The notes beneath the pieces were generated by a model, which did no database searches, was not told the origin of the DNA, and saw only the letters and a list, made by a program, of their open reading frames with translations. This document shows, in pieces, positions 14,401 to 28,257 of a stretch of 64,000 bases of DNA. Each line of letters opens with the position of its first letter. Positions within the stretch are counted from its first letter, which is position 1. Origin of the DNA: the human T2T-CHM13v2.0 reference genome, Homo sapiens. The DNA lies in the NCBI RefSeq assembly GCF_009914755.1, contig NC_060935.1. One strand, given 5' to 3'. The translations under genes were made by a program, and so were the position numbers.

Positions 14401-15304
14401 AAGTCTTTACACATTTCCATGCAACAAAAGCTGTTATCAAAGAAAATTCTGTCTGGAACTTTTAGTTTTCTTATAATTAAGTTTAAATTAAAGCATATTA
14501 GCCTACATAGATTCCAGTAGTCTAGACGGCCAAGAACACACACATCAGTTTTTCCAACTCTTAATATGGTATCGTTGGTTTATGATTCTGGCACTTGATT
14601 TAGCTGTTATTGTATGTGTATGTGTTTCTGTTTCTGTATTTCTGTGTTTCCTTCTTTCATTGTGTGAACGCAGGTTGAATTCTCACTGTTTTCTAAGAGA
14701 CTACAATTAAAGTATAATCCTTTTCTTCAAGGAGGTCACAATAGTCTTTGAACATCAGTTAGGCCCATAAATAAACATAGTTCCCCAAATTACACATTAT
14801 AGAGGTACTATATTCAGTTTCAATCATTCACAAATTGGCCTTTTGGTAGCATGTCTTAAAATTTTGAGGTATGCACAAATTGTATTTTCCACACTTTATG
14901 GCATATGAATATATCATCTCAGCTGAATATTTGCCAAGATACTAAAGCAAATTCAAAGCTCTTGAATGATAAAATAAGCTTTAGTATTATTTATGGACAA
15001 CTCTGTAACCCACTGCCACGAACGAGTAGGTAGTTTTGTATATCACAGCAAAATTTCACAGCTAGTTTTTTGCCATTACTAAGTATGGTATCTAAAGCAT
15101 TTGAAGTGCTTTTTGATTAGCAACATGGAATATTATGTCTTTAGTAGATTAGAAATATGGCATACAAGGTGTTTAGGCATTTGTGCACAAACTCATTTAT
15201 GCATTATCCACAGTTTATTATTGGTTGAAACCTTATGTAAGCCATGTGTTATTTAAGACGGTCTGTCTATGGGATGTATTAAGGCACCACCTCTGTTTGC
15301 TATT

Positions 15305-16270
15305 TTATTCAGTACCTTTTGATGCCTACCACACAGCAGGCATTTTTATAGGCATTCAATAAGTAATTAGAAATAAAACACAATTCCCAACTTTCTGAAA
15401 TTTTGCTTATTGGAGGAAATACACATTTAAAAACACAGTATAGTAAGTTGTGTGCTAGAGGTAGCAGAAGGTATTACAGAAGCTCAGAACAGAGGACCTT
15501 CTCTATCTTGGAGGACAGTATATATGTTTGTGTTGTGTGCACATGCAAGCATGTGTGTAAGAGATAATCATGGAATGCATAAATAAACCAAATTAATGAG
15601 GGGGAGTAAGAAAGTGTCCATAGGAGGAAACAAGATATGAGAAGGCCTTTTATGTGTGACAGAGAATGACATGGACCAAAATGGAGAGAAATTCGGTGAA
15701 GATTGTAGAATACCAGAGAGAGGCTTGCAAGATAAGAATGTAGACAAAGATGGGCAAGATCACAAAGGTGTTATGAAGTCATTGGAAGTTAAATCTAAAA
15801 GGCAGTGGCCTTGGAAGTGTTGAAGGAGGAGGGTTACACAATCGTATTTGTGTTTTCTGGATATGGTAGGTTGGAGGAGAGAAAAGAGGGAAAGTAAGGA
15901 TATCAGCTGAAACACATTAATCGAGGTGGAGAATGATTATCTTGGACTAGAATAGAAGTAACAGACAGTGAGAATGAATGGATCAAAGAGACCTTCAGGA
16001 GACAATATGAGCACAACTTAGTGATTGATTTCATGTAGATGACAGAAGGAAAGAAAGGTGGAATTCAAGAATAGCTCCCAGATTCCTAACGTGGGTAATT
16101 GGGTAGATGGTAATGCAACTTACCAATATGGGGACAATAAAAATATATGGAAATATAGGAAGGTGTAGTAAATAAAAGCTTTATTTTGAAAAAGTTTAAA
16201 TGGAGGTACTTCTGATATGCAAATATCCAGAAGCTCAGTGGGGAAGCTTTGGCAATGGAAATAGATATGG
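15305..16270 (-). mobile_element. L2 fragment
   Basis: L2 3'-end reverse complement followed by a purine-rich L2 body. Confidence 0.6.
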
Positions 16271-17182
16271 TAATATTCAGAATGGTTCTAAATCTCACCT
16301 ACGATTAATTCCCACTTAAAAAATATTTTTCTTGGTTGTTTTGCAATTTTCAAAGTAATTTTTCATTATAATTTTATATTTTAATATTACTAAATGTAAA
16401 AATTATATTCCTATTCAGAAAAATAGATCAAAAATTACAATAAATCTGTCGCCAGTAAAAACACATAGGCTACCGAAAGAAATTCAGAAATACCTGAAAC
16501 TGAGAAATATTGTTTCAGGGTGGAATTAACTTTTTGTAGAATTTTAGTGTAGAATACTTAAAGCTAACTCAAAAAAAAAAAAAAGGTGATAAAGCATGAT
16601 CCCACTATGATTGATTTGGTAAAGTAACACAACTATATAAGAACCATGATTTCTTCCTCTTTGCTAGTTTGAAATGTTTTATTATTTTAGAGATTCAAAT
16701 GGGCCTAACATTTGATGTTAATGTTTGGAAGGGGAAAGCAATTTTGTAAGGAAATAGACATGAATACTTACTTAGATTAATATAGTTGGAATTGTATGCA
16801 AAGTGACTTTAACACCTGCCTCAGCTGGATGGGAAGGTCTTGGTTGGTTTTCAAACCCAAGGTAGGATTTGCATTCTTTGTTCATGAAAGAAAGAAGAAG
16901 TGAATGCTTTTCTTGTTTACTCTGTAATGAGAAGAGTAGTTTACAAATTAACCTATTGTGTATGTTCTGTTTTTAATAGGTTCTTTCAATGAGTAACTGC
17001 AAACTCAAACTGGATGTTTCATAGCAAATAGCAAAACCCTTACAATACAAAGGTGATTTGAAGCCTGGATTAAGAGAGATGTTTAGGTACATTATTTAAT
17101 CATTTTCATTTCTTTCAGGGGGTGATTGTATGATAATGGCACTGATATTGGTAAAAACAAAAGAGACTGGTTTAAATGCCAT

Positions 17183-17385
17183 GTATCAGTTAACTTTTGC
17201 TGTATAAACAAACTATGCTAAAACATAGGACTTCAACAACGACTATTTATTTATTCAGGATTTTCTGAGTCAGCAATTTGATTAGGGCAATTATTTTCCT
17301 AATCTTTTCTGCCGTACTTATTCATGTGGCTGCAGTCAGCCGGCAGATTAATGGGAGGCTGGTTGGCCTAGGATCCCCTCTAGGC
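17183..17385 (-). mobile_element. Old MaLR LTR fragment (MLT1H/J-like)
   Basis: tgtatcagttaacttttgctgtataaacaaac...tcatgtggctgcagtcagc. Confidence 0.5.
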
Positions 17386-19569
17386 AACAGAAGAATATAA
17401 ATAAGTAATTTTATTGGACATTGAGAACTAGATTACCTAATAAACTTCTCAGTTTCCCTAATTTGTCAAGAAGTTCTGAACTAAATATGATGATGAATGA
17501 AGCAGCAACTAGCTTATTCCAGAGAAAGTATATTAGTTATAGACCCTTTAAAATAAGCTTTAAAACAATATTTTTAAAATGTACTTTTTCCTTCTTTAAT
17601 TCAGTTTAGAGTGGGTTATAATTATAAAAAAATAATTATAATCAAACATTGCAGAGTTCCACACCTTTCTGTATTATATTCTGGAAATTTGTTTTTTTCT
17701 TTTGAAAATAGCAGGGAGTTAGAATTGATTATGTAAGTAGGTTTCTATAACATCTCAGCTGGCAGGTGTATTTTTTAGTATCAAAGGAAAAAAACAGAAC
17801 ATCAGAAGGGATTAAAAACTTGTTCGGGAAAAGAGAAGAATAAAAAGCAAATGTGTACTTTTTAAAGCTCATCTCTTCATTAAGATTTAAAATGTTATCT
17901 GATTATTAATTCCTTATTGTATACTCAAAAAATAATGACTCATAGACTTTAATTTTTACCCTGAAATTCTTTCTTTTTCATTCTGAATTTTGCAACGTTA
18001 TTTTGACAAAGTTAGGCATTGCTTTATGGCACATACATGATGGGAAATGGATCTTTAGACAAGTCTATCATCAGTGCCTTTTGAAGTCAAATAAACATCA
18101 TGGAATGTTGTTCCAAAAGAAGATGTAGTTTGAGACCTGTGGAAAAACGTTTTCTACCTTGTAGTTACTTTGAATATCTTATATGGGTCTAATAGTGAAG
18201 CTACAGATACCTTAAGAGATTTCTCCTTAACGCTGTCTTCAGAAGGACTAGCAACACTCAAAGCTACCCAACTATCAACCATTTCAAAAGAATTAAGACA
18301 AAAATGAATATATTCAATTTCAGTATATGCCAAGATATAAGGAATGTGAGATGTATTATTCAGGGTTATAAATGACAGGTGCAGCCATGGTGTACCAATT
18401 GCAGTACAATTATTTCCTTCTCAGATGTTTGCCTCTCAAAGCTCTTTTTTTGCTGATTTATTTTCTGGAATCTGGGGAAAACAAGAATGAATGATTTTTT
18501 TCCCTTATCATTACTAAGCTTCTTAATTTCAAGAACTCCTTCCAGCTAAGGTATCCAGCTGGGCTACACTGGATGATAAGGCTTACACTAATCATCTGTA
18601 GCATCTTGATAAACAATCTTTAATAATGGATGAGGGGAATTTAGTTTTTACCTGACAAGAGAAGCAAGTCTTCAGGCTGTTAAGAAGTGTTACACAAACT
18701 AAACTAAAGTTATACAGAACTGTGAAAATAATACCTGGTATATATCTCAGAGCCAATGTGTTCCTGGAAGCTTACAGAAAAAAAATTTCTCTTAATTCAA
18801 TGATTATGTCTGACTTAATATCTTACTAATTCACACCAAATGTGCAATAAATTTGTGAAAATAAAACTGCTATGAGACTTTAAGCAAATAGTCTTTTAGT
18901 ATCTATAGCACTGCTATAACTCAAATTAGACTAACAACATTTTATCAGGTATATGACTTTTAGAGATCCTGCTTTAATCAAGTGAAGCATTTGTAGCTTG
19001 CGTATGAAATGTTTATAAAGGGCATGAAAACTAGTGGGACAACCTGTTTCATAATCATATTTACCCTTTATTTTGCTCAGTAAAAACCTTTGTTAAGGAG
19101 AATGCAAAGATAAACATAGATGGGGGCTAAATTATCCTTTTAAGTCTAAAATAATGGTTCTTCACTTTTTAGGGAACCATGTACAATTTTCATGTCGTTT
19201 ATTACATCCTGACACTTCCAATAAAAGGTTGAAATGATTGACCAAAAATGGCAACAAAAAAGCTTGTTGCCAGCTAGCATTGCAGTTTAAGTATAAAAAT
19301 ATAAATATAGTAACGGTAGGAGCCATATAATTGCTACTGATGGAACTTAAAACCTTTAGAGCTTTTGGTAATTCAGAGAGATTCAGAAACTGATGAGTTA
19401 TGCACTAGTAAATGGGAAGCAGAAATTTAACAGTTGTTTAGGAAAGACAAATGGTTTTCTGAAATAGGAAATAGACTTCCAATAAGCAGCACTGTTGTCT
19501 AGGGCTTATTAAGTAATAAAAAGGAAAATATTCTCAGTTGTAAAACAAGTGGAGATATGAAAGAGATGC

Positions 19570-19850
19570 AGAAATGAATAATAATGATATTTACCATTTA
19601 TTGAATACCTTCTGTGGGTCAGGCACACATTACATATATTGCATTCTTCGTAACATCCCACACAAAGCATTTTGGCTTTACTTTTTGGTTGAGGAAAGTG
19701 AAGTTCAAGAAGTCAAATTTACAGCTAGTGAGTTTTGTTTTTGTTTTTGTTTCCCACTGTCATACGAAGTCCTCAATGATCTATATGAGTAGTTGAACAC
19801 AGGTATGGTGAAAGTCCACGTTCCTTTAATCACACGCTAGCTCTTACTGC
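19570..19850 (-). mobile_element. MIR
   Basis: aataatgatatttaccatttattgaatacc...tgaggaaagtgaagttca. Confidence 0.55.
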
Positions 19851-20674
19851 TTTTTAAGAACAGTGAATCTTTGAGTCACTAGAGGTTCTATTAAAGGGCT
19901 TGCGTTTAAACTGTTGGGAATCCTGTAAAGAAGAATCATAGATTGGATGAGAATTTAGAAAACATGATTTCAGGTTAATTCTACAGATGAAGACTTGATT
20001 AAAATAAAGTCAAGCAGAGGGATGTATGAGGGTAAATGGGACATTGATTGTCACTGAAAACACAAAACATAAGTGGCTACCTAATTTGCCAGCTTATTTA
20101 ACTGGGTATTATTTGATTACATCATACTATTTTTGTTTCCATAACAGAATTGCAATACTTTAATCAACCTCTGTATTTTAAGCTTTTGCTAAGCCAACAT
20201 GCAAATTCATTATAAAATCTGTTTTCCTAAGAGTAAATCAAGCAATACTGTTTCATAAAACCAAAACATCACCAACATGCAAAACAAACAAGCAAGGAAA
20301 GCAAACACTAGACACCGATTCAGTGTTTAATATATTTCCACTATTTAAATGGAGAAGTAGAACTGCATGCCTTTGAGAAACAGTCAAAATTTCAAAAATT
20401 TATAACAAAGATATAATAAAAAGATAACTTAGGCCTTCTGTGTTTAAAATAAAAGGTAAAAGGGAGCTCTTCTTTTAGTGTGTTTTTTTTTTTCAATAAT
20501 TGTGATGGCTTTCCAGATATTTTTTCTTGAAAATTTAGAACATGATTTCCTTGATGATGTATCATTTCATATTGGAATTTGAGATATTTTATAAGTACCC
20601 AACTATTCATCATTCTAACTTAATAAAATAAAAATATATTATGTAAGAGCATCTAAACGTGTGTGTATCTTTGA

Positions 20675-21028
<354 letters not shown>

Positions 21029-21229
21029 AGTGTTTTCTTTCGTGTGACTGTAGATCTCGGCCACCAAGATTATTAGTTTTATTTGTCTCCACTTTCACTC
21101 TAATTTCACAATTATCTATGTAGAAATACTCACATAAACACGTTTCCATAAAAATAAATAAATATAAAATTTCTCAAGTATAAAAAAAATCACTGGATAT
21201 AAACTAGACTATGAATATATAAAAAGCAA

Positions 21230-21630
21230 AGTCATGTCCAATGAACATGATAGAAATTTAGTCCTTCAGGGAGTTTGCATTCTAGCAGAGTAACACAGAC
21301 AGTAACAACATCACATAACATATAAGTAGATTATATAATATTATATAAGATGATAATTACTGTAGGAAAAAAGTTAGAGCAAATTAAACGGGGTAGGGAA
21401 CTCTTGGACTGTGAAAAATAGAGATGAGTCAACAGTGATTTAGAGGCTGGAGAATGTGCTACTGTAAAGATAGAGTTGCCATCAACTGAGAAGAGAAAAC
21501 AGACATAATAAATGTTTCCAGGAAATGGAAAATCAAGCATTCAGTTTTGAGCATGTAAAATTTGAAGTGCCTATTAAACATCCAAATAGAGATGTGTAAT
21601 CCCCAGCTGGAATATAAGTTTGCAGTTAAA
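21230..21630 (-). mobile_element. L2 fragment
   Basis: gagttgccatcaactgag...tttgaagtgcctattaaacatccaa. Confidence 0.6.
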
Positions 21631-21654
21631 AGTGTTTTTTGTTCTTTAATTTTC

Positions 21655-22020
21655 ATCTCAGAATCAAGCTCCGAGGCAAGGATTAAAGTGCAATTAATTT
21701 ATCTTGGGATATAAACACAGAAATAGTGGAAAGGAAGTGGGAAAGTGAGAGTAGGATGGGAAGATGGCCAGTAAAGAAAAGTTATTAGGCAAATTAACAT
21801 TGTGGGCAACTAAAACTTGATGCTATAAAGAGGCTCTGGGAGCCACTGTAAATGTGTATTTTAGAGTATCCAACAAGAAGAATGAGAAAGCTTGGCTATT
21901 CATGGACCACCTCATAACAATAATTAGATGAGGCTTGCTTTTAGGTCATATTCATTCTTAGGCAATCCAGGCTGCTATGGGCATAGGTAGAGCAGAATTA
22001 GAGGCAGAGAAGGTATCGGA
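21655..22020. mobile_element. Old ERVL LTR (LTR33-like)
   Basis: ggaagtgggaaagtgagag...cattgtgggcaact. Confidence 0.4.
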
Positions 22021-23754
22021 GTTATAGCTTGGAACCTGCCCAAGATGAATCTCCAATGCCAAGCTTAAGAATAGGTGCTTTCTTCCATAGTCATAGAGAG
22101 CCAAGACACTTTACCCCTAAATCTGCACACTGAACGCATCCTGGCTGAGAAATAGGCTGGTCTCTCCCTTCAGATTAGTCTGATAGTTGAATCACAAAAG
22201 TCCACTACATGGAAGACAAGTGAAAGAATAAAATTACAAAACAGATGGCTTTGCCATTGTAGTCTGGCCAGGAAAGGAGCTCAGAGTCAAGCCTTGCAGG
22301 AAGGAGTGAGGGGGAGTGCCGGAGATGATCTCATTGTGTGATCATATCCCGTTGTCTTGCTTCATGTGCGTTTAGAGTAATAAAATAGCATAAGGACAGG
22401 AGACCCAGTTCTAGTGTTTAGCCTTCACCTTAATCCTTGCATGTGGAGCCTTTGGGGAAGCTATGCAACCTCTTTGATCATATAACTAAGAAGATAGGAA
22501 GTAGAGAAAAGAAGACAAATAAATATAGTTTTATTTCTCTTTTTTAATATGGTAAATATAATTTGTTTATATGTTGATGGAAAGTGTCTCATAGAGATGA
22601 AAACTATTGATTATTTTAATAAATACCCTCAGAGAGTCCCATGAGGAGACAATTTTAGAAAAAATAATTGGGCTCCATTATGAACTAAACTTTTAAAAAT
22701 TAGATCAGGCTAGTGAAAGCTTATTTTTTTCACATTTTCATCCTGCCTTTCTTTCTCCCATTCCTCTCATCCCTCCTTCTTTCCATAATAATATATGAGT
22801 GCATACTATGAAGTAGGACCTGTACTAAGGATTAGTACATGAAAGGACCACTATGACAGTTGTTTCAGGAGCTTGAAGTTCTTTCAGAATAAGAACCAAG
22901 CAAACAAATAATTGAAATAAGCAATTGAAATAAGTGATTAGTGCCCCGACAGCCAGAGGATGACAAACAACTCCATTCAGAATATATGCACTATGGAATT
23001 TCTTCCTGGAGGACTTTACTTTTTAAACAACAATGTTTAACACTTGATGGGAATTACTATTGGTCATCTATGAAATCAGATTTCTTTCAGTAGTGTTTTT
23101 GGATAGATGGAACATAGCTAATATAGGTTTTGTTTCAAAGCATCTGTTGTTCTTCCATTGTAATTTGTATCCAAGCTTAATAAAATGATCTGATTTTAAT
23201 AATCTCCATTTTCAAAAGACTAATTGGTCATCTTCTTGAGCAGTCTTGATTGTAATGCCATGTTTTTTTTTTTAATATAAAAAAGGCCTATTCCAAAGTG
23301 TAGCATTTTTAGGAAAAGCATCAAGTCATAACCAAACAATTCCCAGAAAACTCAGCCAAGAGACTGCACTCAAGTCAATTAAGGAAGACTTCAAAACCCT
23401 CAGAGTTTTTTAAAAACTTCCAAACAACACTTTTATGGAATGAGGATAATCTTAATGGACATTGTTTCATACATTGAATGTTTCATTCATTTGTTGTGCA
23501 TAGTTTATCCTGCCTTTCATGCCAATTAGATTCCGAAAGTGCTTCATGTGCGGTCTGGGAGAGGTATAAAGGAATTAAATGCAGGTTTGATTGTACTATG
23601 GTAATTGGAGTTTTGCACCTCACATAGGCCTCATCATGGGCATGCATATTTTCTGAAAGCTTGCATATTGAATAGACCTATTCTTTTTGGAGTTGCACTT
23701 GATTATTCTCAGGTATAAAATATGTGCTTTCAAAGAGCAGTAAGTTCAGAAATG

Positions 23755-23755
<1 letters not shown>

Positions 23756-23782
<27 letters not shown>
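23756..23782. repeat. (GT)n microsatellite
   Basis: Read directly from the sequence. Confidence 0.9.
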
Positions 23783-23785
<3 letters not shown>

Positions 23786-23986
23786 TTTTGTTTTTAATTC
23801 AATAGTACATAGATAACAAATGGATAATCTAGAAGGCTTGTGATGATGGCATACATCTGAGCTGTTGAATATTTTTCAGTTTCCATTTGTAATGATGCAG
23901 CCAGAAGACTAGCTATGTTATATTAGTTTGGAGCATGTTTCTTTATATAAGTCAAATGGTAATAAGTAATCTATCCAGGGGGTGTC

Positions 23987-24340
23987 TGTCTTAGTTTGTT
24001 TAGGCTGCTGCTGTAACAAAATGTATTATTCTGGGTGGCTTATAAACAATAATTTATTTCTCACAGTTCTGGAGGCTGGGAATTCCAAGATCAAGGCACT
24101 GGTAGATTTGTCGTCTGGTAAGAACCAACTCTCTGGTTCACAGGTGGTGCCTTTGTTGTGTCCCCACATGGTAGAAGGGGTGAGAGGTCTCCCTTGAGCC
24201 TCTTTTGTAAGGACACTAATCCCATTTGTGAGGGCACTGCCCTTATGGACCACTCACCTCTAAAAGGCTCCACCTCCTAATACCATAACCTTTGGGGTTC
24301 ATATTTTAACGTATGAATTTTGAGACATATTTAGACCCCT
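23987..24340 (-). mobile_element. MLT1A-like MaLR LTR
   Basis: tgtcttagtttgtttaggctgc...tttatttctcacagttctggaggctggg. Confidence 0.8.
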
Positions 24341-24449
24341 GAACTAAAACAACTAGATATATTCTCATACTTTATTGAAGGTCATATTTTATTTCTCATT
24401 ATGTCAAAGCATATAAAATTTTGATAGAAGGATGTTTGCTCATTTTGCT

Positions 24450-25260
24450 CTGTGTTTTTTATTGTTTTCCCAGCACCTAGTCCAATGTTGAATAGTGAAG
24501 AGAGTGGAAATATTTGCATTGTTTACAGTCTTAGATTGAAACTTTTAATGCTTCTCGCTTAAGAATAATGTTAGCTTTAGTATTTTTGTAGATGTCCTTC
24601 ATCAGTTTCAGGACATTTCCTTCTATTACTAGTTTGCTGGTAATTGTTTTCATGAATAGATGTTGAATTATTTCACTTATTTTACTGTATCTATTGAGGT
24701 GATTATATGGCTTTTCTGCCTTACTCTATTAATATAGAAATCACATTAATAGATTTTCATTTGATAGATAAACTTTGTATTGCTGAAATAAGCTCTACAT
24801 CGTCATGATGTATTATTCTATATACAAATTACTAAATTAATTTGCTGTATTTTATTAAGGATTTTGTGTTTATGCTCATGAGTTGTTGGTCAGTAATTTT
24901 GTTTTCTTGTAATGTATTTATGTATTTGTCGTATTTTGGTATTAGAGATTCAGAGGCCCAGTCCCTGTTTTCTGGGAGTTCTTTTATATGATGGACATTA
25001 TTTCCTTTTCCAATATTCAACAGAACTCACTGTTAAAGATATTAAGGCCTAAGCATTTTTTATGTGAAAAATTTTAATGATGAATTTAATTTTTCAAGTA
25101 AGTGTTAGGGCATTTTGAATTTTTATTTCTTCTCGTGTCAGTTTTAGTAACTTGGGTTTTTCTTTAAGAAATCTGTACATTTCCATGTAAGTTGTCAAAT
25201 TTGTTGGCCTAAAGTTGTTCATAGTGTTCTCTCATATTCTTTTAATGTCTGTAGGATCAA
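24450..25260 (-). mobile_element. Old L1M ORF2 fragment
   Basis: aatgttgaatagtgaagagagtgg...; degenerate RT-region sequence. Confidence 0.7.
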
Positions 25261-25541
25261 GAGGCATGCAGTAAAAATATGTTGCATTGAATAAATTACT
25301 AAACCATAGAAATTGACCTAGCTCTTTTCCAACTCATTCACTGATTTTCAAACTTCTAAAACAAAAAAAATCCATTTGATTTAATAAAGACTTCCTCAGA
25401 AGAATTAAGACACATGAAATTAAAGAAATATGGGTATGAATAAAGTGAAGATAATTTTGGGAAAACATCAGCTCCTTTAACTTGCCCTTATTCTCCTACT
25501 GTGACAACTCAGAAGTTTCCATTTTATAAAAACTTGAGTTC

Positions 25542-26670
25542 TTAAAGATCTTTGAGTTTGATTTTAGAGCTCAAAGTAATAATTATTTGTCTATCTAGTG
25601 GGTAAACAGAGAGTAAAGAAAGGCTAATTAGTCCCCATGCAAATAAAATTACAACATTTTAGAGCTGGAAATATTTTTATAAACCCTTTAAAAGAAACAC
25701 AGACATAATCATGACCATATTGAAAGGTAAGCATAAAATATTTTGTTTATTATTATTATTTTTTATCTATAAAAACTTGAATTCTTGTTTATTATTGTCT
25801 AAATATTTTATCTATTATTATCTAAATATTTTGTTTATCTATTATTACCTATTTGTTATCTATAAAAACTTGAGTTCTATTGAATACATTTTGAGAAATC
25901 ACTTAAAGTTTATTAAATGGAGTGAAATTGTATTCATTTTTGCGTTCTCCATAATACTTAGCACAGTGATTTGCACATAGTGTTCACTACGTGTTTTATT
26001 AATGAATGGAGACAAATATCTTTGACCCATGTCAAAGGAATAAAAATAATCAATTTTTGAAATAAACTAGGCTTTCAGCCATATATAAAATTTAAATTAG
26101 AGCCTTTATATAACTTTCAGAGCTGAACAAGAACCCAGCATGGTAAATTTACTTTAATATTTATATTTGTATGAAGAATATTTGATGGAGTGTAATATTT
26201 ATGCTTTGAGGTATGACCTATATTTATGCTAATTTTCAGACACTATAACCAAACAGTAATTAGGCAGGTAGGGGGCCATTAGAAGATAGTGCATTTCTCT
26301 TTCTTCTTATAAATTTCTGATGTGATCAGTTTGTTTACTGAATGAGAAGCCAGGGTTTTCTGCATTATTAATATTCTACTTCTGCTTTTATCACAGCATG
26401 AACCTTCTTTTCTTCAGACATATGCCAATGACAATGACTGAAGAAAAGACTTGCAGTCGTAATAGATAAAATATTTTATGCTTACCTTTCAATATGGTCA
26501 CAATTATGTCTGTGTTTCTTTTAAAGGGTTTATAAAAATATTTCCAGCTCTAAAATGTTGTAATTTTATTTGCATGAGGACTAATTAGCCTTTCTTTACT
26601 CTCTCTTTACCCACTAGATAGACAAATAATTATTATTTTGAGCTCTCAAATCAAACTCAAAGATCTTTAA
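25542..26670. repeat. Inverted repeat, 211-bp arms (25542-25752 and 26460-26670), 707-bp spacer
   Basis: Manual alignment is ungapped with 8 mismatches (~96%); the arms do not resemble a repeat I recognise. Confidence 0.95.
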
Positions 26671-27278
26671 AGATTATTCTTTTTTTTTATTTCACTGTAT
26701 TCTCAAAATCAAAAGTACAGTGATTTCCAATGGCCTGGTAGTCACAAAAATAGATAGTTTTAGACTACAAAACATGTGTAGTTCTCTGAGTTAAAATGTT
26801 GGGAAGAGGTCCCCTTTACCTATTCTTCACCTTGCTTTCAAGATGTAGTTCTGTTGTGATTCAAGCATGTTTGAAAGACCTTTTTGTTGATTTCATTGTA
26901 AAAATTTAGGCTCCAGAAAAAATTTTGGCAGATTTTCTACTCTTAAAACAGTTCCTTCCAGAATGCAAATGTGAAGAATTAAAACAGCCACACAAGGCTT
27001 TTTTTTTTTTTTTTTCTGGTCATCCTGGTAACTAATGGCTTTCACTATAGCAGATATAGCAGAAATAAAACTTCAAACTGAGCGCTATAGGCAATGATAG
27101 AATGGATTTTTTGCATATGTTGACCAATGTTGTTAATCTCGTGATTCAGTGATTGGCCTTATAATTACAATTAGCATAGATATACTCATTGTGGTAGAAA
27201 CACTATTTGCTACATAACTATAACTCATCTACCCTAAAAACTTGCCTATGCTTCCTGCTTCATTTTATTGTTGCTTCC

Positions 27279-27618
27279 TGTCTGTTTTCATGCTGTTGAT
27301 AAAGACATACCCAAGACTCGTCAATTTACAAAAGAAAGAGGTTTAATGGACTTACAATTCCACATGGCTGGGGAGGCCTCATAATCATGGTGGAAGGCAA
27401 GGAGCAGCAAGTCACCATGGATGGCAACAGGCAAAGAGAAAGCTTGTGCAGGGAAACTCCTCCTTATAAAACCATCAGGTCTCATGAGACTTAATCACTG
27501 TAATGATAACAGCACAGGAAAGACCATCCCCATGATTCAATTACCTTCCACCAGGTCCCTCCCACAATATATGGGAATTCAAGATGAGATTTGGGTGGGG
27601 GGACAGCAAAACTATATC
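27279..27618 (-). mobile_element. THE1B-like solo LTR
   Basis: gataaagacatacccaagac...gagatttgggtgggg...actatatca. Confidence 0.85.
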
Positions 27619-27727
27619 AACTATCATTGCTATTATCATTTTCATCATCCCTATTATAAACAACCTGCTGAGGATTCCTAAATTGATAAATTCCTCCAAC
27701 ATCCAGGTTTAGAAGAGTACAGCTAAG

Positions 27728-28070
27728 ATGTTGCCCTAGATCTGTTTTCCCACGTAGACTCTGAAATGAAAATTTGTATGGAGGAAGATTATTGAGGAGT
27801 GCTATGAGCAACAACACCTGTGAGGAAGTGAGTGGATGGAAGAAGAATTTGAATACAGACACAGGTGCCTCCAACTTCTGACTTCAGTTGGACTTCTGGC
27901 AAGTTCTGAAGCTGTGATTGACCTTCAAAGTTGACTCCAATTGAGGGAAGGGAAGCTTGTATTTATGTTCTCACATTGACCACTTATTAGATACGGACTG
28001 CCTGTAAGGGGAGGGAATGAAAACTTGGGTGAGATAGCTTTGTTTATTTGAAAGTAAATCCTTCCCATTT
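27728..28070. mobile_element. Old ERVL LTR (LTR16-like)
   Basis: agactctgaaatgaaaatttg...caacacctgtgagg. Confidence 0.4.
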
Positions 28071-28257
28071 GTCAAGGGAGGAATTAGGTAGAGCATCATA
28101 GTATTCATTATAGTGGTCCAACCACAAATTTATCAACTGTGTAATAATGTTGTAACCATTCACCACTTAAACTCATCTGTAAGGAAAAGAGAATAAATCA
28201 TTTATTTTCTGACTGTTTTAGCTGTGTGGTAAGAGCCTTGTAAAAATCACATTCATT

